This document shows, one piece after another, positions 8,001-15,282 of a DNA stretch of 64,000 nucleotides (position 1 is the stretch's first letter; the number at the start of each line of letters is the position of its first letter). The position numbers and the translations under genes are program-made. Origin of the DNA: an uncultured Prevotellaceae bacterium (GTDB lineage Bacteria; Bacteroidota; Bacteroidia; Bacteroidales; Bacteroidaceae); assembly GCA_947166305.1 (NCBI GenBank), contig CAMVDV010000009.1, positions 11,619 through 75,618 of the forward strand, given 5' to 3'. The notes beneath the pieces are model-generated. The model saw only the letters and a program-made list of their open reading frames with translations, searched no databases and was not told where the DNA came from.

Positions 8001-9631
8001 TTGCCGTCACCGAGGCATGCGACCACAGCGGCAGCACGAAGCAAACCGCTCGCGTGGAGCCTACTTGCAGCAGCCACGGCTACGAGCCCAGCACGCTCTG
8101 CGCTGACTGCGACGAGGTTCTTGAGGAAGGCGCACGCATTCCTGCACTTGGGCACGACCTGCCCAGCACGCCTATCGCAGGAACCGAAGTCGTGGAGTAC
8201 TGCACGACATGGGTTCAGGATTATAATCAGTATGGAAAGCCGAACACCGCTACGCACGGCTACACGGGCGACTTCCTCTGCAACCGTTGCGGCCAGACGG
8301 TTAAGGGCGAGCCGACGCCCCTCCGCCATGGGAAACACGACAAGAACAATCAATACATAAGGCCTGGATATATTTGGACTAGCTATCAGAAATGGGTGGA
8401 GGCGACGAATCCCCCCACCTGCACCAAGGCTGGATACGAGGATGATCTCTATTGCATCTACTGCAACAAGCTTGTTCAGAAGGGCGAGCGCGTAGAAGCC
8501 CACGGGCATGACTGGGAGTCATGGTACGTAGTGCGCGAGGCCACGACGAAGGTGAAGGGCATGGAGCAGCGCGTCTGCGCCTACGACTATTCGCACGTCG
8601 AGACACGCATCACTGACTACAGCGGTCCGGACTACACGCTGAAGCCCGAAAGGCAGAAGCTCCGCTTCGAATGGACCTACGGAGAGCCTGTTCCGTCGCA
8701 GACCATCACGTTCAAGTCCACTGGCCGCGACAGCATCGGTTCCATTGAGTATGCCGAAGAGCCCAACGGTTACCTCGACGTGACCGTGGACGGCATGACC
8801 ATCACCGCCAAGCCTAATATCGACAATGTAAAATGGGAACGTAGCGACATGGAATACGACGTAGTAGTGACAGACCTTCTCACACCGGCAAACGAGACCA
8901 TCGAAAGCTTCACTGTTCCCGAGATTAAAGCCACCTGCATCATCAAGAAGACGCCCGAGAAGTACTTGCTGACCGTGGAAGACGGCTTGGCCACGACCTT
9001 CACCATGAGCAGACCCGAGTGGACTTACAGCACGGACAGGAGCAACATGCTGAAGGTGCGCGGCGGTGAGTTCGTAGAGCTGGAGCCTGAGGACGAATGG
9101 AAGCATGACTTCCTGCGTTGGGAGGTGATAAAAGGCTCCGACGACATACAGGAGGATGTGCATGAATCCAGGACGAAGAATACACGCTTCGTCATGTCGC
9201 CTGCCGACGTCACCATCCGCGCCATCTACAGGAAGAACGCTCCGACCATGAAGTTCAAGCAGACGGAAGTGACGGCAAGCGTGGAAGAGCCCTTCAAGGA
9301 GCCTGCACTCATCACGATACCGGGCAAGCTGCCTGTCACCTACAGCAGCTCCGACGAGAGGGTTGTACGGGTGAATCCCAAGACTGGCACCGTATCCTTC
9401 ATGGGAGCCGGCACCGCCGTCATCACGGCGACCTCTGCCGAGACCAACCACTATGCTTCCTCGGCAACGTCCTACACGCTCATCGTGCCGCAGGACTTCA
9501 TCACAGGAATAAAGACCCTCTCCGGCTCTCCCTTAAAGGGAGAGGGCATGTTCAACACTGGCGGCCAGCGCGTCGGCGACAGTTACCGTGGCATCGTCGT
9601 GACGAAGAACAAGAAGGAACTGAAGAAGTGA
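5039..9631 (+). CDS. Secreted 1530-aa cysteine-rich repeat protein with a C-terminal Big_2-like Ig domain and a short T9SS-like tail
   Basis: Signal peptide MKTNLTFARITMALAIALFPFLKANA. About 80 Cys fall in residues 42-462 as CxxC modules, with further His/CxxC modules after that. A Big_2-like segment (VTYSSSDERVVRVNPKTGTVSFMGAGTAVITATS) precedes the tail MFNTGGQRVGDSYRGIVVTKNKKELKK. Confidence 0.85.
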   Translation: MKTNLTFARITMALAIALFPFLKANAWDWEWTDTWGEAVAWCEECGNEYIIYADNSAEAESAAEDLFCSDCGCCSEDVNMDCYREHHCQFCDGCIDNGEYHVGIYNLFDEYIHYDCAIELIESGDVDACSYCHELFGEGAVECDCGVGDKHCTDCSESKCEKCGKCLLIAGDETDAASGDACIDHGICGECMPDASADDQTHCRICFNCDEDICDECGMCESCAVYEEHCPECGYCFGDEVQWCADDGEHCVNCCKDNGWLCPACERCVDGAGIYICDDCGMCEECCLSESEGEGCIHGICTASSEFYDHLCPECGECPQDEECDYCGLCINCQTGYHCEHELCPDGSEWDDHVCPDCGECFDDGELCEFCGLCENCREHCEHDFCPENDDDSDHFICNQCGDCFEAIDRCDECELCLVCCDDNTQSMGCDHGFCVVSDDFEEHWCYEDDQCLELCEHDPECTHSNVTLDYAINGNAHWRVCEDCGLTVDKAQHTGGEPVTLTSPNAATHTNGTAQVNCIVCNYKMGIVPIPYVEAPADGSPYIIIQPTDYTGKTNTAAWKEEEDDRYATFKVKAGGEGLSYQWYCRYGTGSGTKLSDDSYTLGTQTPTLKTLVYGEDCERQNRNIYCIVSNSKGSVTSDAAYFKAEHVFGRYTKKDNETHENHCFGEGCSVVKATSKHRFTEWTLVRPATSSETGLREQQCMDCAYKKSESIPMVEPDHVHSYDIAKYNMSQHWFVCACGIAGPDAAVDHVFDESEVVTPATETKRGENRIICSACGFFKTEKTDKLPHVHDWYTFGEISIVLPNGHSGPDPKKGSYGPNSHTIKCKGCNEKKTDRHVWGMFECMRDAKVQGNDTIAGRIVRYCDICSYKEEKFYPLGSWPIMIAGGTAYKGLTNRAGQVIKWIPAAYAKKGDKIEVAYDALAARSLGDNQPQKFVEWVDGASWIGETNIPWDNGRSSIDLPRLTFRLSRTTRRYGFTMPDGPATIFAVTEACDHSGSTKQTARVEPTCSSHGYEPSTLCADCDEVLEEGARIPALGHDLPSTPIAGTEVVEYCTTWVQDYNQYGKPNTATHGYTGDFLCNRCGQTVKGEPTPLRHGKHDKNNQYIRPGYIWTSYQKWVEATNPPTCTKAGYEDDLYCIYCNKLVQKGERVEAHGHDWESWYVVREATTKVKGMEQRVCAYDYSHVETRITDYSGPDYTLKPERQKLRFEWTYGEPVPSQTITFKSTGRDSIGSIEYAEEPNGYLDVTVDGMTITAKPNIDNVKWERSDMEYDVVVTDLLTPANETIESFTVPEIKATCIIKKTPEKYLLTVEDGLATTFTMSRPEWTYSTDRSNMLKVRGGEFVELEPEDEWKHDFLRWEVIKGSDDIQEDVHESRTKNTRFVMSPADVTIRAIYRKNAPTMKFKQTEVTASVEEPFKEPALITIPGKLPVTYSSSDERVVRVNPKTGTVSFMGAGTAVITATSAETNHYASSATSYTLIVPQDFITGIKTLSGSPLKGEGMFNTGGQRVGDSYRGIVVTKNKKELKK
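9514..9546. repeat. Partial multi-hairpin element (first hairpin) inside the giant CDS tail
   Basis: Reads gaccctctccggctctcccttaaagggagaggg and encodes TLSGSPLKGEG in the same phase as the other coding copies. Confidence 0.75.
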
Positions 9632-9726
9632 CGCCAAGGAAAGTCCCATTCTCCATCACCCAAAGTGGTGGGGGAGGGGACTTCCGCACGAAGACCCCCT
9701 GACCTCCTTTAGGGGGAATTCAGAAC

Positions 9727-9805
9727 ACCGCACGCGGGGATTGGCATCGCCGCACGCGGAAATGACAAACGCCGCACGCGAGAATCGCAATCTCCGCGTG
9801 CGGCG
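9727..9805. repeat. 22-bp-period tandem array, CGCCGCACGCG family (~3.6 units)
   Basis: Reads accgcacgcggggattggcat/cgccgcacgcggaaatgacaaa/cgccgcacgcgagaatcgcaat/ctccgcgtgcggcg. The last unit is inverted. Confidence 0.9.
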
Positions 9806-9814
9806 TTTCTTTTT
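9770..9814 (+). terminator. Intrinsic terminator of the giant gene, formed by the last two array units
   Basis: CGCCGCACGCG-loop-CGCGTGCGGCG followed by TTTCTTTTT. Confidence 0.65.
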
Positions 9815-9857
9815 CACCTTTTCACTTTTTCACCTTTTAGAGAGGGTCTTTACCTCT

Positions 9858-12377
9858 CTACAGTCTTCCCGAGCGTGAGATGAGGGAGTGTAGGCGGTCG
9901 GTCAGTGTGTCGGCCGAGAGCAGGCGCGAGATGGGCAGGTGCATCCTGTAGCGCCAGTAGTTCTTGGGATTGGCTGGTACGTTGATACGCTCCTCTTCCG
10001 GATGCGGATTTCGCAGGTCTTTATCCACCGAAAGCCAGTCCTGCAGACTGATGAGGCAAAGCATTGAGGGACTGCCGAGGTGCTGTGCCACGACTTCCTC
10101 GCAAAGCTCTGGGGTGAGGTCGGCCGGGGCTTCGCCGTCGTGCCCAAGCACATTGTTGTAGAAAAGCTGTGAGCGACGGACGTTCTCTCTCCACCAGAGG
10201 CGCAGCGTCGGCATGTCGTGGGTGAAGATGGTGTCGACGCTCTGATAGGGATTCTCCTGCAACGAGGCGAATGGGACGCCGTAGGCTTTCGGCATAGCCT
10301 GTATCTCGAGGCTCAGGATGCCGAGCTTCTGCATGACGGGGCCGACGCAGGCCGGCACCATTCCCAAGTCCTCGCCGCACACCAGCATGTTCGTTGCGTC
10401 GATGAGGGCGGGCAGTTTCTTCATGGCCTCAGCAGCCCAGAAGTCGTTGTGGCGGCGGAAGAAGTAGTCTTCGTAGAGGCGGATGAAGGCATTCTGCTCG
10501 TAGCTTCCGAGAGCATTCCATGCGTCCCGGCCAATCACGCCGATGCGGGGGTGGAAGAGTCCTGGCTGACAGTGCGGCACGAACAGTTCGTCGCGGAAGG
10601 TCACGCCGTAGGAAGCGATTTCTTCCTTCGTGAGAGGCAAGGCAGGAGAGAACTGTCCGAGCAGTGCATCGGGGTTCCCCTTGGGAATCTGCCAAATGCG
10701 GAAGAAGCCCAGGATGTGGTCGATGCGATAAGCACCGAAGTACTGTGCCATGCCTTGCAGCCGTTTCCTCCACCACTGATAGCCGTCGGCTGCCATGCGT
10801 TCCCAGTTGTAAGTGGGGAAACCCCAGTTCTGTCCGGACGGGGAGAAATCGTCGGGGGGAGCACCAGCCGTCATGTTCATGTTGAAGAGATGCGGCTCGT
10901 GCCATGCCTCCACGCTCTGTTGGCTGATACCGATGGGCAAGTCGCCTTTCAGGAAAATGCGTAGGCGGCGGGCATGGTCGGCGGCTTCGGCAAGCTGGCT
11001 GTGCAGCAGATGTTGCACGAAAGCATAGTAGCCGACTTCATGTCTGTGCCTTTCGACGTAGGCATCCACCTCGTCGCTGTTATAGGCAGACAGTTCGGGC
11101 CACTCGCTGAAGCGTGCCGTGCCATAAGTGTCGCGCAGGTGGCAGAAGACTTGATAGGGTTTGAGCCAAGACCAAGACCCCCCAACTACAGACCCCCCAT
11201 CCCCCTTTAGGGGGAGTTCCGCCGCTGAGTCCTCTCCCTTTAAGGGAGAGTTAGAGAGGGTCTCCTCCTCATAGAGCAGATGCAGGTACTCCTCCTTCAT
11301 TTTGATGACCTCCACATAGTCGAGGGCAGGCAATGCGTTCAGCTTCTGCCAGCGCTTCTTGAACTTTTCGAGCATCTTGGCATCGCGAAGAGGCAGTCTG
11401 CGCAGGTCGATGTAGATGGGATGCAGGGCATGGACGCTGATGGCATTATAGGGATAGCTGTCGGTCGGCGTGCGATTCTGCGTGGTGTCATTGATGGGAA
11501 GGAGCTGCACGGCGTGCATTCCGGCACGGGCTGCCCAGTCGCACATCTCTTTCAGGTCGCCGAAATCGCCTACGCCTTGGCTGCCTTCCGACTTCAAAGA
11601 GAACAGAGGAACGACCAGTCCCGCTGCCTTCCAAGGCGATGACGACAGACGGACCTCGCCATCCATCATGCAGACGACGTGGTTCTGCTCTGGCACGACG
11701 GACGGACATTGTCGATTGTCGCCTTCTTCCCACCTTGCCGAATGCTTCTCTCCTGTCACAACATATTTATATTGGAAAGGCAGACGCAGGCCGTCGGCAC
11801 TGATGGAGAGCAGCCATTCCTGCTGACTCGACGGCGTCATGGGCAAGGCGCGACGCACATCCCAGGCTCCGAGCGAAGGCTGGTCGCCGACGAGGGCAAC
11901 CCTTTCGCCTGCAGAAAGATGGGGAGCCTGCACGCGGAAAAGGAACGTGCGGGGGAAAAGGGCCACTCCTGCCGCCTGTCTCACCTCCATTCCCGACGCA
12001 ATCTGATAGGCTGCCGTGTAGCGATAAGAGTCGTCGGGCCTGTCGCGCCAGTGGTCGTAGAGGAAATAGGTGCGGGCATCGTCGGCAGGGAAGAGCCTCG
12101 GCACGGCATCCCATTCGCGTCGAAGCACACGCATCTGTTCCGTTTCGCCCCACGCCGACTGGCCCTTCGATGGACTCGACGGCACGATATTGTAGGAATA
12201 TCTGAACTGTTCGCCGCGAGCACGGAGGATGCTGATGCCTTTCCACATGAGTCCATCCGACGTTTCCAAGGGGATGCGATGCCGGTAGGCCTTGCCATCC
12301 GCAGAAAGGAAGCAAAGTTCCACCTCAAGGCTCTCTCCCCAATTCGTTCTGTATTCAATCGAAAAATGTAAAGTCAT
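9858..12377 (-). CDS. malQ: 4-alpha-glucanotransferase (GH77 amylomaltase) with N-terminal CBM20-like starch-binding modules
   Basis: GH77-like body (GDLPIGIS, DDFSPSGQNWGFPTYNW, YRIDHILGFFRIW, CGEDLGMVP). The N-terminus looks like CBM20. I chose the start at MTLHFSIEY because a -7 box lies 28 nt upstream; the ORF-track TTG at 12407 is unlikely. Confidence 0.9.
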   Translation of the reverse strand: MTLHFSIEYRTNWGESLEVELCFLSADGKAYRHRIPLETSDGLMWKGISILRARGEQFRYSYNIVPSSPSKGQSAWGETEQMRVLRREWDAVPRLFPADDARTYFLYDHWRDRPDDSYRYTAAYQIASGMEVRQAAGVALFPRTFLFRVQAPHLSAGERVALVGDQPSLGAWDVRRALPMTPSSQQEWLLSISADGLRLPFQYKYVVTGEKHSARWEEGDNRQCPSVVPEQNHVVCMMDGEVRLSSSPWKAAGLVVPLFSLKSEGSQGVGDFGDLKEMCDWAARAGMHAVQLLPINDTTQNRTPTDSYPYNAISVHALHPIYIDLRRLPLRDAKMLEKFKKRWQKLNALPALDYVEVIKMKEEYLHLLYEEETLSNSPLKGEDSAAELPLKGDGGSVVGGSWSWLKPYQVFCHLRDTYGTARFSEWPELSAYNSDEVDAYVERHRHEVGYYAFVQHLLHSQLAEAADHARRLRIFLKGDLPIGISQQSVEAWHEPHLFNMNMTAGAPPDDFSPSGQNWGFPTYNWERMAADGYQWWRKRLQGMAQYFGAYRIDHILGFFRIWQIPKGNPDALLGQFSPALPLTKEEIASYGVTFRDELFVPHCQPGLFHPRIGVIGRDAWNALGSYEQNAFIRLYEDYFFRRHNDFWAAEAMKKLPALIDATNMLVCGEDLGMVPACVGPVMQKLGILSLEIQAMPKAYGVPFASLQENPYQSVDTIFTHDMPTLRLWWRENVRRSQLFYNNVLGHDGEAPADLTPELCEEVVAQHLGSPSMLCLISLQDWLSVDKDLRNPHPEEERINVPANPKNYWRYRMHLPISRLLSADTLTDRLHSLISRSGRL
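11176..11262. repeat. Multi-hairpin element copy inside malQ (87 bp, in frame)
   Basis: It is the reverse complement of the 2889-2976 copy, so it has the same orientation relative to its host gene. It encodes TLSNSPLKGEDSAAELPLKGDGGSVVGGS. Confidence 0.9.
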
Positions 12378-12404
12378 GGTTGCTTTTTCTAATAATTTCC
12401 ATAA

Positions 12405-12412
12405 CAAAATTA
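12405..12412 (-). promoter_or_regulatory. -7 box (TAATTTTG on minus strand) for malQ
   Basis: Plus strand reads caaaatta. Confidence 0.5.
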
Positions 12413-12714
12413 GGGATAATTAAAGAAAATGGCAAGAACTGAGGAAGAAAAATGCTAAAATGCTTGCATAATCCGTCAAGAATGCCTAAATTTGCATTAT
12501 CAAATAAGTCCGAGATGGTCTTGGAGCGTCAAGACATTGACATCATAAGGGCGTGCTGGTCAGATCGGGATACTCATCAATTTACACTTCATTACCGAGA
12601 AATGTTTCGTATGCTAATGGCGTGCCATCCCATTCGTGGTTAGGTGGATTACAAAGGCAGCGAACCCTCAAAACCTGTTTTTCGGAGTTTCATCACATCG
12701 CCAGTGCGCCCCTT

Positions 12715-13821
12715 TTATTTTCCCTTCAACACGTGTTCCACTTCTTCGTCGCTGTCGGTCAGGCAGAGGATGAGGTTTTTGTATGTACCGTCGTCGACGA
12801 GCCTCATGAGCAAGGGCCAGATGGGTATTTTCTCTGTCCAGAAGTGTGTGTCGAGGAATATCATTGGCGATGCATAGCCGAAGGTGAGGTAGTGGTTCTG
12901 CACTGCCTCCTGGAAGATTTCCTGCAGGGTTCCGGCGCTGCCGGGTGTGTAGATGATGCCACCCTTGGCGATGGTGAGGATGCCGTCCTCGCGGATGCTG
13001 TTGTCGAAGTACTTTGCGATGTGTGTGGCGAAAGGCGTGGATGGTTCATGTCCATAGAGCCAAGTGGGGACGCCGAGGCTTGTGTAGCCCAGATTGGGGT
13101 ACTTGTTGTGTACTTGCCAAGCGGTGGAGAGCCAGAGAGGGTGAGTGTAGAGCGGTGCAACGCGCAGCATGTCGAGCGCTTCCTGCAGTTCGTCCGAGCT
13201 TCTTCCGGCCATCCATGCGCCCAGATGTGTTGCCTCCATTGCCCCCGGGCCTCCGCCGGTGATCATGAGGAAGCCTGCCTCGGTGAGTCGTTTGCTGAGC
13301 TTTGCCACCATTTCATACGAGATGTCGCAGCGCGAGATGCTGTGGCCGCCCATCACTCCGACGAGCCTGTGTTCGTCGAAGTCCTCAAGGAAGTCGTTCA
13401 GACAGTCTGTGATGGAGTGGTCATGCAAAGCCCTTGCCAGTGTTTCCTTCACGTCGGTGGCGTGCTTTCCCTTCTTCAGGTAGTGTCGATAGACGCGTCC
13501 GTCGAAGCATTGTTCGTAGCTTTCCGGCTGGTCGGGACGGTAGCCTTCGTAGAGTTCTTCGGGCGAATAGAGGTGATTGGGAAAGTCGAATGTCTCGCCC
13601 ATGTTGGGGAGGAAGAGGCAATCCCTTGACCGTCGTTTGAGTCCCATCGGCAGTCGGCAGCTCAGGAAGAGGCATTCGCGATAGGTATGGGAGAGTGCCT
13701 GCTCGGGAAACTCCGTGAAGTCTGTGCTCTGGAAGGCAACGTGGCGGAGTTCCTCCTCGGGCTGTGCGAGCTGGCAGGACAGTTCCTGCTGGTTTCTTAT
13801 CTGTAGGTATTTGTCTTTCAT
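12715..13821 (-). CDS. LOG-family / PpnN-like nucleotide 5'-monophosphate nucleosidase family protein
   Basis: Motifs GGGPGAMEATHLGAW and TPGSAGTLQEIFQ (LOG PGGxGTxxE-like). Its start overlaps the smpB stop as TGATG. Confidence 0.75.
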   Translation of the reverse strand: MKDKYLQIRNQQELSCQLAQPEEELRHVAFQSTDFTEFPEQALSHTYRECLFLSCRLPMGLKRRSRDCLFLPNMGETFDFPNHLYSPEELYEGYRPDQPESYEQCFDGRVYRHYLKKGKHATDVKETLARALHDHSITDCLNDFLEDFDEHRLVGVMGGHSISRCDISYEMVAKLSKRLTEAGFLMITGGGPGAMEATHLGAWMAGRSSDELQEALDMLRVAPLYTHPLWLSTAWQVHNKYPNLGYTSLGVPTWLYGHEPSTPFATHIAKYFDNSIREDGILTIAKGGIIYTPGSAGTLQEIFQEAVQNHYLTFGYASPMIFLDTHFWTEKIPIWPLLMRLVDDGTYKNLILCLTDSDEEVEHVLKGK

Positions 13822-14300
13822 CAGTAGTTCTTCTTGAACTGACGGGATATGTCTCGGCGGTCTTCCTTTTCCTTTAGTGTCTCTCGCTTATCGTATTCCT
13901 TCTTGCCACGGGCTATGTGTATGTCGAGTTTGGCGAGCCCTCTTTCGTCGATGAACAGTAGGGTAGGGACGATGCTGAAGCCTGGTGACTTCACCGTCTG
14001 CTGCATCTTGCGTATTTCCTTGCGGTTGAGCAGTAGCTTGCGGTCGCGCCTTTCGACGTGGTTGTTGTAGGAACCTTGCTCATAGTGTGCGATGTACATG
14101 TTCTTGACCCACACCTCGCCGCCGATGATGTAGCAGTATGTGTCCACGAGGCTTGCTTTGCCCTTGCGGATGCTCTTTATCTCGGTGCCGGTGAGGACGA
14201 GGCCTGCCGTGTAATTGTCCATGAGGAGGTAGTCGAACTCGGCGCGCTTGTTCTTGATGTTTATCTTCGGTCCCTTGTTGGGGATAAGGGTCTTTGACAT
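13821..14300 (-). CDS. smpB: SsrA-binding protein SmpB
   Basis: [35 protein letters not shown]..., [12 protein letters not shown]. Confidence 0.95.
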   Translation of the reverse strand: MSKTLIPNKGPKINIKNKRAEFDYLLMDNYTAGLVLTGTEIKSIRKGKASLVDTYCYIIGGEVWVKNMYIAHYEQGSYNNHVERRDRKLLLNRKEIRKMQQTVKSPGFSIVPTLLFIDERGLAKLDIHIARGKKEYDKRETLKEKEDRRDISRQFKKNY

Positions 14301-14417
14301 ATTTTTCTTAGTTAAGAATGAAGAGTTAAGAGTTAAGAAAGTGTGAAACGCACCGAGGCGCGTCCGTCTGCTGGTGCCGACAGCTCGGCGAGGTCAGCGA
14401 GGAAGTGTATCCTTCCC

Positions 14418-14921
14418 TCAGGGCTGGACGCTGACGAACTGCCCGAGGTGGTCGTCCACGTAGTGGGCTATCCTGTCGGTCAGTTCTTCTTCCATCTCGA
14501 CGAAGGTGTCGTCGAGGTCGTCAAACTCAGGGAATCTCTCGAAGAGGGCCATGAAGTCCTCGTCGCTGCAGTCGGCCGTCAGCTCCGCCCCGTACTTCTC
14601 ATAGAGCTTTCGCCCCTTGTAGATGAGCTTGCTGAAGTCGTGGGCTCCCCACAGACGCATTGCTTTTGCGAAGGGGTTGAGAAAGATGAATGGGCCGTAA
14701 CCGTTGTGGATGAGCTGGATGAAGCCGCCGTCCATCACCTCCTGGCGCAGGATGAAGTAGGCCAAGAGGGTGACCTGCTCGCCGCTCAGGAGCGGCAGTG
14801 TCTCTGCGTTCAGCTCGCCTCCGATGGCCTCGGACACTGCGTCGTGTACTGCCCCGAGGAAGGCATCCGTGCCTTCTTGCGCGGCCTGACGGAGCTTCTC
14901 TTCTGCTATCTTGACTTCCAT
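14418..14921 (-). CDS. DUF4375 / DMP19-like domain protein
   Basis: 167 aa, acidic, with a GGFIQLIHNGYG motif typical of the DMP19 C-terminal domain family. The family call is from memory. Confidence 0.55.
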   Translation of the reverse strand: MEVKIAEEKLRQAAQEGTDAFLGAVHDAVSEAIGGELNAETLPLLSGEQVTLLAYFILRQEVMDGGFIQLIHNGYGPFIFLNPFAKAMRLWGAHDFSKLIYKGRKLYEKYGAELTADCSDEDFMALFERFPEFDDLDDTFVEMEEELTDRIAHYVDDHLGQFVSVQP

Positions 14922-14938
14922 TTCGTGCCTTTTTGCTG

Positions 14939-14946
14939 CAAAGTTA
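14939..14946 (-). promoter_or_regulatory. -7 box (TAACTTTG on minus strand)
   Basis: Plus strand reads caaagtta, 18 nt upstream of the start at 14921. Confidence 0.55.
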
Positions 14947-15067
14947 CGAATAAGAGATGGAAAAGCAAAGGAAAATCCTGTTTATTTTACTTTCCGCTGC
15001 CCTCGCAGAGGGCTTTCTGCTGTCTTTCGGCGGTGGATTCTTCGCCACGCCCCGTGCGACGTTCTTT

Positions 15068-15155
15068 GCATGGTCATGATGCTGCAATTGCAGGTTCATG
15101 ATGTTGCAATTGCACGGTCATGACCATGCAATCATAACCCTGCAGGGTTCTGTGA
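15068..15155. repeat. Tandem array, 4 x 22 bp (GCANGGTCATGANNNTGCAATT x3 plus ATAACCCTGCAGGGTTCTGTGA)
   Basis: Contiguous 22-bp units, 88 bp in total. Same family as 57081-57168. Confidence 0.9.
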
Positions 15156-15282
15156 ACCTTCGTCTGCCCTGCCGTCGCTCATCCTGCTTTGTCCCGTCTG
15201 ACAGGAAAGGCGGTTTCTCCATTTCAGGTGCGCGATGGGAGCGAAAACGGCAGGGAGAAAGTTAAGATGTGTTAAAGTTTAG

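Noticed and set aside
12452-12643. The 63-aa ORF upstream of malQ.
   Set aside because: Its codon usage is AT-rich and unlike every confident gene here. It has no promoter box and no recognisable motif.
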